Shown one piece after another: positions 30,049 through 41,257 of a DNA stretch of 63,334 nt. The position numbers were made by a program, and so were the translations under genes. The notes under the pieces were generated by a model. It worked only from the letters and a program-made list of their open reading frames with translations, did no database searches and was not told the DNA's origin. This DNA comes from Candidatus Kaiserbacteria bacterium (GTDB lineage Bacteria > Patescibacteriota > Minisyncoccia > Phycocordibacterales > Phycocordibacteraceae). The number at the start of each line of letters is the position of its first letter. Within the stretch, counting starts at the first letter, position 1. The DNA is taken from contig CAWEXP010000002.1 of NCBI GenBank assembly GCA_963813065.1, positions 1 to 63,334 of the forward strand, read 5' to 3'.

Positions 30049-30483
30049 ATGAGTACCAAACACGAAAAAACCGTTCTTTTAATCGAACCTTCGGCCTTGT
30101 CGCGTATAGATATTATCCGGCTCGCCGTTTCTGATTTCCTCGGACTCCGAGTAATCATGGATTCGGACTGGATGATCAATGACGCGTCGGAAATGGCAGA
30201 GCTGGCCGTTCTTCTCCATCCAGGCTCGCGCGAGATATTCGCGAAGGTGCGAAACGAGACGGCGAAACGACTCTGGAAAAGGCCGTTCGGCGTTCTACTC
30301 CTCGAGGGCGAGGGCGCCGTTGCGAAATTGTCAGAGTTCGTGGGTGCATCGCTTATCCCAATTCCGGGCAATGCGAATACGCTCCGCGAGGCATACGGCC
30401 CGAATGCCGTCCACTGCCCCACTGACGCAACGGGCGCTGAGAAGTACATCAAATACTTCTTCCCTCTGCCTTCGAAAAAATAA
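30049..30483 (+). CDS. Hypothetical protein
   Basis: GAGG RBS and a downstream terminator; no recognised motif. Confidence 0.55.
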   Translation: MSTKHEKTVLLIEPSALSRIDIIRLAVSDFLGLRVIMDSDWMINDASEMAELAVLLHPGSREIFAKVRNETAKRLWKRPFGVLLLEGEGAVAKLSEFVGASLIPIPGNANTLREAYGPNAVHCPTDATGAEKYIKYFFPLPSKK

Positions 30484-30517
30484 AAACCGCCGCGGACGAA
30501 AGTCCGCGGCTTTTATT

Positions 30518-30823
30518 TTATAGATGCAGGTGCGGGAGAAATTCTTTCTCCCCTTTCTTAGTGAGCTTGAAGTAGGTCAGTTCCGTCTGTCCGCCGTCGG
30601 TGACGTCGCTGATGGCGAAGAATCCTTGGTCGATCGCCCACGCAGTGGCGGCGGCCAGGAATGTGCGCTGGGTGGGATTGCTGTCGAGCACAATCGACGC
30701 GTCCTTATCGTTCCCGCGGAAAAACCGATCGAATGATTCACGGAATTCTTGCTCTTCGTAATCGGCAACGTGTCCACGGCCGTAGATGACGATGGCAGTA
30801 TCTTCAAACTTCTTCTGGCTCAT
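30518..30823 (-). CDS. Hypothetical protein
   Basis: GAGGAG RBS; C-terminal YFKLTKKG resembles a winged-helix wing. Confidence 0.55.
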   Translation of the reverse strand: MSQKKFEDTAIVIYGRGHVADYEEQEFRESFDRFFRGNDKDASIVLDSNPTQRTFLAAATAWAIDQGFFAISDVTDGGQTELTYFKLTKKGEKEFLPHLHL

Positions 30824-30876
30824 GCTCTCTCCTCACAAGGTACCTCCAGGCACTGTACGCTCCGGCCACAGCAAAA

Positions 30877-32533
30877 TCAATGTTTCTTCTTTTGTGCGAT
30901 GGCGGCCTTGAGGAACTCGGTAAAGAGGGGGTGCGGCGCCAAGGGGCGCGCCTGGAGCTCGGGGTGGAATTGCGTCCCAAGCATGAAGGGGTGCGCCGTG
31001 CGTGGGAGCTCGGCGATTTCCATCAGGACAGAATCGGGTGAGGTGCCGGAGAAGACGAGACCAGCCTCTTCGAGCTTAGGAATGTATGCTGGATTAATCT
31101 CGTAGCGATGGCGATGACGCTCTTCAACTAATTCTTTTTTGTATGCACTGCGCGCAATCGTCCCTTTTTTCAAATAACAGGGGTACGCGCCGAGACGCAT
31201 CGTGCCGCCGTACTTATTGTCGGCGATATGTTTCTTCTGCTCAAGCATCACATCCACCACGGGATTCGTCGTATTTTTATTTATTTCGGTGGTGTGTGCG
31301 TCTTTCAATTTCAACACATTGCGTGCGTACTCGATAACCATGAGTTGCATGCCGTAGCAGAGGCCGAAGTACGGGATCTTGTGCTCGCGCGCAAATTGGA
31401 TTGCCTTCAACTTCCCCTCGATACCACTCTCGCCGAAGCCACCGGGCACGAGGATGCCCGCGAATTTCCCCAGCATCGCGACTTTGGCTTTGTTAGTTTC
31501 AAAGTGTTTTGAATTGATCCACGTAATCTTGGCGCGGCGGCCAAGTGCAGCGGCAGAAAACTTAATCGCCTCGATGACCGAGAGGTACGCGTCGGAGAGT
31601 ACGAAGTCGCCCGTATCAAAATATTTCCCGACGATGGCGATTTCGACCTCGAGTGCTTTGGTATCGGTCGCCGCTTTGACAAATTTCCCCCACGCCGCGA
31701 GCGAACGCCTTGTGTGTCTGTGGCAGGTGGAGCGCATCGAGGAGATTCTCGGCGAGCTTGTCCTTCTCATAATTCAGCGGCGCCTCGTAGATACTCTTGA
31801 TATCCGGCGCGGAGATAACGCGATCCTTGCGCACGTTGCACCAGATTGCGAGTTTCTCTTTACGCTTCTCATCCACGGGCTCCTTGCTTCGTGCGACGAT
31901 GAAGTCCGGCTGGACGCCATAGCTGTTGAGATCGCGGACTGCCGTCTGGGTCGGCTTCGTCTTCATCTCGCCGAGGGTGCCCGGCGTCGGCAAGTACGAG
32001 ACCATCACGAAGAGCACGTCCTCGGGCCTCTGCATCTTCATCACCCGCCCCGCTTCGATGAAGAGCGCATTCTGAAAGTCGCCGACTGTCCCGCCAATCT
32101 CGATGACCGAGATGCGACTGCCGGCGACCTGCGCGGCTTTCTCGATCCGCGTTAGGATTTCATCGCGAATATGCGGAATAGCTTCGACGCATCGACCTTT
32201 GTACTCGAGTGCACGTTCACGTGCGATAACCGCCTGATAGACCATGCCGCTCGTCATGTAGTCGTCTGGCGTCAGGTCGCGCCCGAGGAAGCGTTCGTAG
32301 TTGCCCATGTCCTGATCTGTTTCCAATCCAGACCGAAGCACAAAAACTTCGCCGTGCTCGGTCGGATTCATTGTCCCCGCATCAACATTGAGGTAGGGAT
32401 CAATCTTCACGAGGTTCACCGGATAGCCTTTTTGTTGCAGTAAGAGGCCCATAGAACTGGCAACGACGCCCTTGCCGACGCCGCTCATCACCCCGCCCAC
32501 GACGAATATATATTTGTGTCCGTCCTTCGGCAT
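30877..32533 (-). CDS. pyrG: CTP synthase (one frameshift near 31730)
   Basis: GGVMSGVGKG, DPYLNVDAGTM, KTKPTQ; GATase GLCYGMQ, RHRHRYE, QFHPE, split over two ORFs. Confidence 0.95.
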
Positions 32534-32534
32534 A

Positions 32535-33460
32535 TTAAACCTTGAGATAGCGCCGGATGGCGAGGATGCTCGCGATAGCGCCGAGCGCGATGCCGGAGAG
32601 CAGGATGATCAGCGCGATCAGGAAGAAGTGCGAAGCATAGTAGCTCCCCAGATTGAAACCACCGAGCCAGTCCACCGTGCGCAGGCCGACGTACCAGGAG
32701 GCCGGCCAAAGCAGGATCAGCACGATGAGCGCCGCACTGACACCGGTAATCGTCCCGGCGACGATAAAGGGTCCTTGGATATAGAGATTGCTGGCACCAA
32801 CGAGCCGCATGACTGCAATCTCGTCGCGCGAGGTGTAGATGGCGAGGCGAATGGTGGCGAAGGCAATCAAGATTGAGGCGAGCGCGAAGAGGAGCACCAC
32901 CGCGAAACCGACCGCGCGCGTGGCGCTCAGCGCCGCCGAGATGCGGTCGATGACATCTTTGTTCTGCTGATAATTGATGCGATCGACAATCGACGCGCCT
33001 CCCGAGGAGAGTGCGGGCGAGGCCTGGAGGAAATTCACGATACTCTCGTACTCGGACGGATCCTTTGCGCGGACCTCGAGCGAGGCGTCGAGTGGATTAC
33101 CGCCGAGCTCGTCGAGCGCCTGGAGGGTGAGCTGATCGGTCGCGTGACGGGCGCGGAAGGCGATGAGCGCGTCGTCGGCCGAGGTGTAGCTCACTTGCTC
33201 GACCTCGGGCAGAGCTTCAAGCTTATCTTTGACCGCGAGAATATCGGTCTCGCTCGCGGTCGTCACGAAATAGACCGAGACATCGACTTTGTCTCGGATG
33301 TCCCGAGTGTGAAATTGAGGAGCGCCGAGAGGAAGATGAGCGAACCGATGATCGCGAGCGTGACAGTCATAATGAGTACCGTCGCCGCCGAGACCGCACC
33401 ACCCCGCGCGAAATTCTTCGCGCCACTCGCCATCATTCGTTTTGTGGTCATCCAATCCAT
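32535..33460 (-). CDS. ftsX: Cell division permease FtsX (frameshift near 33300)
   Basis: N-terminal TM in one frame; DEIAVMRLVGAS...IQGPF in the other; follows ftsE. Confidence 0.9.
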
Positions 33461-33467
33461 AGCATCA

Positions 33468-34145
33468 TTATAGCGAATATTGCCCGCCCACATCGTCGCG
33501 CACCACTTTTCCCCGATCGATGGTGATCACGCGCCGACCAATCGCATCCACCACGCCCTTGTTATGCGTCGCGATGATGATGGTCGTGCCGAGTTGATTG
33601 ATTTTCTTCAATATCTCGACGATCTCATAGGTATTGACCGGATCGAGATTGCTCGTCGGCTCGTCGGCGACCACCAGCTCGGGCTGATTGATGATGGCGC
33701 GGCCGATGGCAATCCGCTGTTTCTCCCCGCCCGAGAGCTGATGCGGGAAATGGCTCGCCTTGTCCTCGAGATTCACGAGTTCGAGAATGTAGGGCACATC
33801 GCTCGCGATCTCGTCGTCGGTGCGGCCCGCGGCCTCCATCGCGAAGGCGATGTTCTCGTAGGCTGTCTTGTTGGGGATAAGGCGCGCATCCTGGAAGACC
33901 ATGCCAATCTTGCGGCGATAGTGGTGGAGCGCAGAGCTGGGCAAATCGTTGACGTTCACCGATTCGAAAAAGACCGAGCCGGCGCTCGGTTTCTCCTCGG
34001 CGAGGAGGAGTTTCAAAAGGGTCGTCTTGCCTGCGCCTGAGTGGCCGACAATGGAGACGAATTCTTTAGGGGCGACCGAGAGCGTCACTTCCTCGAGTGC
34101 GTTCATCTCGCCGTACTTCTTCGTCACCTTGTCGAAATAAATCAT
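33468..34145 (-). CDS. ftsE: Cell division ATP-binding protein FtsE
   Basis: GHSGAGKT, GMVFQD, LSGGEKQR, ADEPTSNLDP. Confidence 0.93.
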   Translation of the reverse strand: MIYFDKVTKKYGEMNALEEVTLSVAPKEFVSIVGHSGAGKTTLLKLLLAEEKPSAGSVFFESVNVNDLPSSALHHYRRKIGMVFQDARLIPNKTAYENIAFAMEAAGRTDDEIASDVPYILELVNLEDKASHFPHQLSGGEKQRIAIGRAIINQPELVVADEPTSNLDPVNTYEIVEILKKINQLGTTIIIATHNKGVVDAIGRRVITIDRGKVVRDDVGGQYSL

Positions 34146-34264
34146 CGTCGAATCTCATTCTACCCCGGTGCCGTGTTGCGTATCAACAATTTGACAAGCA
34201 TAACGAATCTGCTACTCTGACCGACAGAAAGCAGGGCACTAACGCTCTGGGAAAAGGAGGTGAG

Positions 34265-34591
34265 ATGCCGAAGAAGAATCTGGACTACGTGAAAATCGTG
34301 GACGTCTATCCGCCCGTTGGCGGCAAGGCGAAAAAATGCCTGATTGCGACCGGTACCGATGGCGAAAAGCTCGTCCAATATGTCCTCGGCGGCAAACTGC
34401 TTTTCATCACCAGCAACTATGAGGAGTGTGGCACTATCCCGATTTTCGGCTCCAGAGACATTTTCCGCTTACGCGACGTGGTGAACAATATTTGCGCACG
34501 AATGGAACCGAAGAAGAAATCGACGAAGCGGCGTCGCAAGACGAAGAGCACGGAAGTCCTTCCATCAGCTCGTTTCGGCCATCTCGAGTAA
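34265..34591 (+). CDS. Hypothetical basic protein (108 aa)
   Basis: AGGAGG RBS; promoter-like TTGACA-16 nt-TACTCT at 34191-34218. Confidence 0.6.
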   Translation: MPKKNLDYVKIVDVYPPVGGKAKKCLIATGTDGEKLVQYVLGGKLLFITSNYEECGTIPIFGSRDIFRLRDVVNNICARMEPKKKSTKRRRKTKSTEVLPSARFGHLE

Positions 34592-34622
34592 GCCCTGGGC
34601 GCGGCAATCGCCGCGCTTTTTA

Positions 34623-35498
34623 TTATCGAGGTTTAACCTCGATATTTTTTGCGGCGTCGATGAAATCGTCGAGGTCACCAGTGAGGACTTTTTCTGGATT
34701 GCCGGATTCGAAATTGGTGCGGTGATCTTTCACCATTTTATACGGATGCAAGACATAGGAGCGAATCTGGCTCCCCCACTCGTTCGCGGTCGTCTTCGCG
34801 ATTGAGCGACCCTCTTTGGTCGCGCGTGCCTCCTCTTCTTGCAGAGCGAAAATCTTTGCCGCCAAGAGTTCCATGGCCTTCTCTTTATTTGCTGCTTGCG
34901 AACGCTCGCTCGAAATGTGCACCGAGAGATTGGTGGGTTTATGGAGAATGCGCACCGCGGTTTCGCGTTTATTCACATTCTGCCCGCCCGCGCCTCCGGC
35001 GCGGGCGAATTGTATTTCGAGCTCATCTGGCTTGAGCACCACCTTCTCGCTCGCGGCGAGCTTGGGCAGGACTTCTACCAATGCAAAACTAGTTTGTCGT
35101 TTGTCTTGGGCATTGAAGGGCGAGATGCGCACGAGCCGATGCACGCCCGCCTCGTGCTTGAGGCGGCCATACGCGCCCCCGCCATTTACTTCGAGTAAGA
35201 CGCTCCGATATCCGCCTTTGCTGTTCTCGTTCTCGTCGAGGATGCGCGTGCCCCAGCCTTTTTTGCTCGCATAGCCGCGATACATCGCGAGGAGCATCGC
35301 GGCGAAATCTTCAGCATCGTCCCCGCCCGCGCCGGCGAGGATGGCGAGAGTCGCCGAGCCACCATCGTGCCCTTCACCACCACCCTCTTTCAATTGTTGA
35401 TATTCGCGCACCAACTCTTGCGCCTGATCCTTATCGAGCCAAAACTCGGGTGACGCCATCAGCGCCTCGAGCTCCTCAAGCCGCTTCTCATTATCCAT
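34623..35498 (-). CDS. prfB: Peptide chain release factor 2 (short form, no internal programmed frameshift)
   Basis: [11 protein letters not shown] (SPF motif), [18 protein letters not shown]. Confidence 0.93.
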   Translation of the reverse strand: MDNEKRLEELEALMASPEFWLDKDQAQELVREYQQLKEGGGEGHDGGSATLAILAGAGGDDAEDFAAMLLAMYRGYASKKGWGTRILDENENSKGGYRSVLLEVNGGGAYGRLKHEAGVHRLVRISPFNAQDKRQTSFALVEVLPKLAASEKVVLKPDELEIQFARAGGAGGQNVNKRETAVRILHKPTNLSVHISSERSQAANKEKAMELLAAKIFALQEEEARATKEGRSIAKTTANEWGSQIRSYVLHPYKMVKDHRTNFESGNPEKVLTGDLDDFIDAAKNIEVKPR

Positions 35499-35499
35499 G

Positions 35500-35572
35500 A
35501 GCCGGAGGTCGGACTTGAACCGACGCACTTTCGCTTACGATGCGAATGCTCTACCAACTGAGCTACTCCGGC
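35500..35572 (-). tRNA. tRNA-Thr(CGT)
   Basis: Acceptor GCCGGAG/CTCCGGC, anticodon arm TTCGC-ATCGTAA-GCGAA, T-loop TTCAAGT. Confidence 0.93.
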
Positions 35573-35586
35573 GTATTGAGAAAATA

Positions 35587-36057
35587 TCATTCTTTCCCCT
35601 TTTTTGCGAGTGTCCGCGCTTCCGCCGCACGCTTGCTCGGTGCACGATATACTCTGCCATTCCCCTTGTTGAGCGCGGAGAATGTCGGAGTAAGAGCATC
35701 GCAGTTCGGACATAGGAGCCGGAGATTTTTCTCCACATTATTTTTCCAATTCCCGTCTATATGATCAGCCACGAGCGGCGCAACCTGTGTTACCGAGTTC
35801 ACTTTGGACCATCCGCACAGGCAACATTTATTTCCGTACTTCTCTCGCAAGTATCGTTTGATGTGGCCACCAACAAGACCCAGACTGTTTAATCCGACTT
35901 CTTTTCCATCCTTCCATCTCTGTATATAGCTACGATATTGGAATTCTTGCTGGCACGCATTACTGCAGTATTTGTAGAATGAACGTGCAGGTTCTTTCCC
36001 GCACACGGGACACTTTGGTCGTGATTTCCTTGGGTTCACTCTTTCACTATACTGCAA
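35587..36057 (-). CDS. HNH endonuclease with Zn-finger motifs
   Basis: CPVC, YCSNAC, CCLC, DHIDGNWKNN..NLRLLCPNC. Confidence 0.9.
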   Translation of the reverse strand: MQYSERVNPRKSRPKCPVCGKEPARSFYKYCSNACQQEFQYRSYIQRWKDGKEVGLNSLGLVGGHIKRYLREKYGNKCCLCGWSKVNSVTQVAPLVADHIDGNWKNNVEKNLRLLCPNCDALTPTFSALNKGNGRVYRAPSKRAAEARTLAKKGKE

Positions 36058-36109
36058 CTGTAGACCAAATACTCAACAAAATAAAGGTCTGCTGTTGATA
36101 ACTTCTTTG

Positions 36110-36359
36110 AGCCGCCTCCCAGATTTGAACTGGGGACCTACTCCTTCGCTTACACCTCCGTTTCTTTGTATCGGGGGGCTAGACTGTATCTTTGTCCGCA
36201 AGGGACACCCTTGTCAGTCGTTCGAGCGCCAGAGGCGCTACGGTCTTGTCCGTCGCCGGATATTAACCGTTATTCGGGATTCACGATTCCCTCGCGAGAA
36301 TCGTGGGCAGGGGTTTGCGACCCACCATGGAGTTGCTCTACCAACTGAGCTAAGGCGGC
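36110..36359 (-). tRNA. tRNA-Thr(GGT) interrupted by an intron (exons 36359-36324 and 36146-36110)
   Basis: Joining the exons gives GCCGCCT/AGGCGGC, ACTCC-ATGGTAA-GGAGT and T-loop TTCAAAT. Confidence 0.9.
36147..36323 (-). ncRNA. Group I self-splicing intron (177 nt, no ORF) at tRNA position 36/37
   Basis: 5' exon ends in U and can form GGU/GCC (U.G at the splice site); P2 CACGATTCTC-GCGA-GGGAATCGTG; P7 GACTG/CAGTC; J8/7 AAGATA; P8 TGTCC/GGACA; terminal G. Confidence 0.85.
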
Positions 36360-36416
36360 TTATATGACGATGGCTTAGGTAGAACCTTGTGAGCCTACGC
36401 TATTCCAGTCCAGCTT

Positions 36417-36749
36417 TCAATACCACAGGATGCCGAACACAATCACGAGGTCGAAGAGCGTAATCAGCAAGTTGGCGACGAAGAGCTGGCGATCCTTGTG
36501 CACGAGGCCGTAGAGTGCCCAGAGAGCATTGAAGAAGGCGATGAGGAGCCAGGTGATGAGCGACACTCCTGCGGAACTGTGGGTCGAATAGATTTGGATA
36601 ATCTGCGGCAGGAGCGCGATAGGCGCGATGAAGCCAACGACATACATCAGGTAGTCGAGGAACCGTTTGAAGGCGTCGGTCGAGGGAAATGGCTCGAGCG
36701 CGGTGAAGAGGCGCCACCGCGCGTGCAAATGCTGTTGACCGAGACTCAT
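36417..36749 (-). CDS. SemiSWEET/PQ-loop family transporter
   Basis: ALLPQII..IY...SAGVS, LWALYG, three TM helices. Confidence 0.85.
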   Translation of the reverse strand: MSLGQQHLHARWRLFTALEPFPSTDAFKRFLDYLMYVVGFIAPIALLPQIIQIYSTHSSAGVSLITWLLIAFFNALWALYGLVHKDRQLFVANLLITLFDLVIVFGILWY

Positions 36750-36801
36750 GTGAGGAAGTATAGCTTGAAACTTTTTTATTCGGAAGAGCGTTCCTTGAAG
36801 T

Positions 36802-38630
<1,829 letters not shown>

Positions 38631-38632
38631 TT

Positions 38633-39220
38633 TTATATTTTATCCGTGAAAACGACGAGCCGGTTAGAATAGGTCTTTGTTGCAGGATTCCATGCACCCT
38701 CGCAGGTGATGAGATTGAGATGCGCCTTGCCATCACTCGAATAGAAGACGCTCGCGGCATCGGCATATGCATCGTAGGTCCGAATCTCGCGCACCATGAA
38801 TTGCGTCGTCCGACCGTCTGTCGATTGGACTGATACAATATCGCCTTTGCGCAGGAGCGAGAGATTATCGAAGACGGCCGGGATGCCGTCGCGCCAGCCG
38901 AAGTGCCCCGCGATGACCGCACTCCCCACTTCACCCGGCGCGGGGCTCAAGTCGAACCACGCCGCCGTGCTGGGGTCAGTCGGGACATCCATCGCCCCCT
39001 CGGGCGTCAGGCCGACGGATTCGAGGCGGGTATCGAGACCAATGACCGGAATCGAGAGGCGGAGCGGTGTGTCGAGGACGGCTCCAGGCACCGTAGTACT
39101 CGCGCGTGCTCCCTGGCCAGAGAATTGGAGCGCCAGAAATAAAATAAGCAGGGAGGAAAAGACAATGCCAATTGCACCGAGTATGAGCACTGATGCGCGG
39201 CGAGAGATAGTTGAATGCAT
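38633..39220 (-). CDS. Class F sortase
   Basis: TM anchor; LSIPVIG, PGEVGSAVIAGH, LNLITC...RLVV (His/Cys/Arg triad). Confidence 0.9.
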   Translation of the reverse strand: MHSTISRRASVLILGAIGIVFSSLLILFLALQFSGQGARASTTVPGAVLDTPLRLSIPVIGLDTRLESVGLTPEGAMDVPTDPSTAAWFDLSPAPGEVGSAVIAGHFGWRDGIPAVFDNLSLLRKGDIVSVQSTDGRTTQFMVREIRTYDAYADAASVFYSSDGKAHLNLITCEGAWNPATKTYSNRLVVFTDKI

Positions 39221-39225
39221 TAGCC

Positions 39226-41166
39226 CTATTCTACCGTACTCCGTTTCTTGAGGACGATGATAGAAACAGAGAGGACCAGCGCAAGCATTAGGACTGCAGA
39301 GACGAGATTCCAGAATGCGTTTTCTCCCGAGGGAGGAAGGCCGGTATTCGGGAGTATGGGCGTTGTGGATGTGGCAGGAGCAGAAACGAGAACGGTAGCA
39401 AAGGCGTACGCGACGGCAGTGAAGCCGTTGGCCGAACCGAGTGCGGTCGCGGTGTTGCGTGTAGAAATAGGCACGTTGGCTGAACAGCGGTAGATCCACG
39501 ATTCGCCAGGGTCGAGGAGATGGTTACTATTTATATCTCCCGAAACGAATTTGACCGGACCACATTTATCGTCGGTAACGCTGATGTTGTTCATCGCGAC
39601 GACGCCCGGGTTCGTGACGGTGTATGCATAGGTCACATTCCCGCCACCATACGGGAACGGGGTGAGCTGACTCGGCACCTTCACGACCGCGATCAGTGGT
39701 GGCGGCACGGGAGCACCGACGACGACGGTCGCAATGGCGGTGGCGACTGCGGGCTGGCGATACGCGTCGTTACTGAACGCGGTAGCGACGGCGGTGTTGG
39801 TCGTGGTGGTCGCGACTCGAGCACTACACGAGTACTGCCAGTGCTCGCCGGGATCGAGTATGCCGTCATCATTGGTATCACCCGAGATGAGCGAGAGCGG
39901 GCTACAGTGGTCGTCAACCACTCTGACTCCGGTCAATGCCTGCGTCGCGCCGAGGTCGGTAACGGTGTAGTGGTAGACCACCTGGCCTGGACCCGCCGGG
40001 AGCGCAAGCGGCGTTGGGACCTTGATGATACCGATAAGGGGCACAATCGGCGGTGGAACCGTCCCACCCGCGCCGGCCATGCTAATCGGGGGTGGTGGCG
40101 GGAGGTCGGTGTTGATAATCGTACAGGTCAAGTTCTGTCCTGCCGATAGAGCCACACTGCCCGCAGTACATGCGCCACCAAAACTCTGAGTGTAGAGCGA
40201 ATTCGCATTTTCACTAATCGTATAGGTGGCGGGAGCAAGCGTGTAAAGGGTGCCCGGGCTGACCGCTCCGGCCGCAGGACTACCGGAAACATTCGAGCCG
40301 CCCGTCTTGACCGAGATTTGGAAATCGGAAGGAACCGCAGAACCCGCGTGGGTATTAATGACTGATTTGATGACGTGAAGGGTGCCGGTCGTCGGCGCCG
40401 AACAACTCGGCACGGTGACATGGGTGTTGTTGAGCGTTACCGCCGCAGAGTGCACGAGGAGTCTGCCCGCAACGGTCGAGCCGCCGGAGTCGGTAATCGA
40501 CTGATTAGCCATGATGGTACCGACGAAGGTGGTGCCAGTGCCCAGCGTCGCCGAGCTCCCGACCTGCCAGAAGACGTTGCAGGGCTGTGCACTATTAATC
40601 AAATGTACGACGCTCCCCGAGCCGGTCACGAGACTCGACGAGGTCTGGAAAACGAACACGGCGTTCGAATCGCCCTGGCCGTCGAGCGTCACCGTGCCGA
40701 CAATGTTCGCACTCGAAGCCGCGCTGAAGGTGTAGATGCCTGGAGTAAGGGTCTGGCTACCGAGCTGGTTATCGGAGCCGGGAAGGGTTGTGGCTGGTGT
40801 CTCATTTGCCAGTATGGTGTATGCGGTGGTGAAATCGGTCGTTGCTTTGGTGAGCAGAGTCGGGTTGACGAGTGCACAGAGTGCGGGACTCGCGGAATCG
40901 GTACCGTAAATGTTGCCAGTTACTTCTGGACAGGTAATGCCATCAAAGGAGCCGCTCGCCGGACTCACGCCGACATCGCCCACGATGACTGAGACGTTCG
41001 AATCAACGACCGAGGACGCACCGAGAACCGCGAAGGTGGTGGTTGAGCCGAGGCTCGGCGCACTGACTGCGGCGAATGCGATATTTTTTGTTGCCCCCGA
41101 CAACAATACGAAGACCGCTATGGTCGCGAAGAATACACCGAGAGTGGCGAACTTCATGAACCGCAC
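39226..41166 (-). CDS. DUF3494 ice-binding-like surface protein with Ig-like repeats and LPNTG anchor
   Basis: FAVLGAS, LTPGIY, NAVFVFQ, CNVFWQVGSSATLGTG..FVGTI, GRLL. Two repeats contain DxNxDxxLDPGE; C-terminal LPNTG + TM + KKR. Confidence 0.88.
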   Translation of the reverse strand: MRFMKFATLGVFFATIAVFVLLSGATKNIAFAAVSAPSLGSTTTFAVLGASSVVDSNVSVIVGDVGVSPASGSFDGITCPEVTGNIYGTDSASPALCALVNPTLLTKATTDFTTAYTILANETPATTLPGSDNQLGSQTLTPGIYTFSAASSANIVGTVTLDGQGDSNAVFVFQTSSSLVTGSGSVVHLINSAQPCNVFWQVGSSATLGTGTTFVGTIMANQSITDSGGSTVAGRLLVHSAAVTLNNTHVTVPSCSAPTTGTLHVIKSVINTHAGSAVPSDFQISVKTGGSNVSGSPAAGAVSPGTLYTLAPATYTISENANSLYTQSFGGACTAGSVALSAGQNLTCTIINTDLPPPPPISMAGAGGTVPPPIVPLIGIIKVPTPLALPAGPGQVVYHYTVTDLGATQALTGVRVVDDHCSPLSLISGDTNDDGILDPGEHWQYSCSARVATTTTNTAVATAFSNDAYRQPAVATAIATVVVGAPVPPPLIAVVKVPSQLTPFPYGGGNVTYAYTVTNPGVVAMNNISVTDDKCGPVKFVSGDINSNHLLDPGESWIYRCSANVPISTRNTATALGSANGFTAVAYAFATVLVSAPATSTTPILPNTGLPPSGENAFWNLVSAVLMLALVLSVSIIVLKKRSTVE

Positions 41167-41257
41167 TGGCAGTGGTTCATTTTTGATAGGTAAATTGTAA
41201 CACGACTACCTATGCGAGTAGTCAAGAAGATATCCCCAAGTCCATGGACGAGTGTGT

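Noticed and set aside
12065-30516. Similar GC hairpins (CCGCCCTCGGGCGG at about 12070 and 15746; others at 17520, 19338, 27275, 30486) as a REP-like repeat family
   Set aside because: Each sits at a gene 3' end, usually with A/T tracts; ordinary intrinsic terminators explain them.
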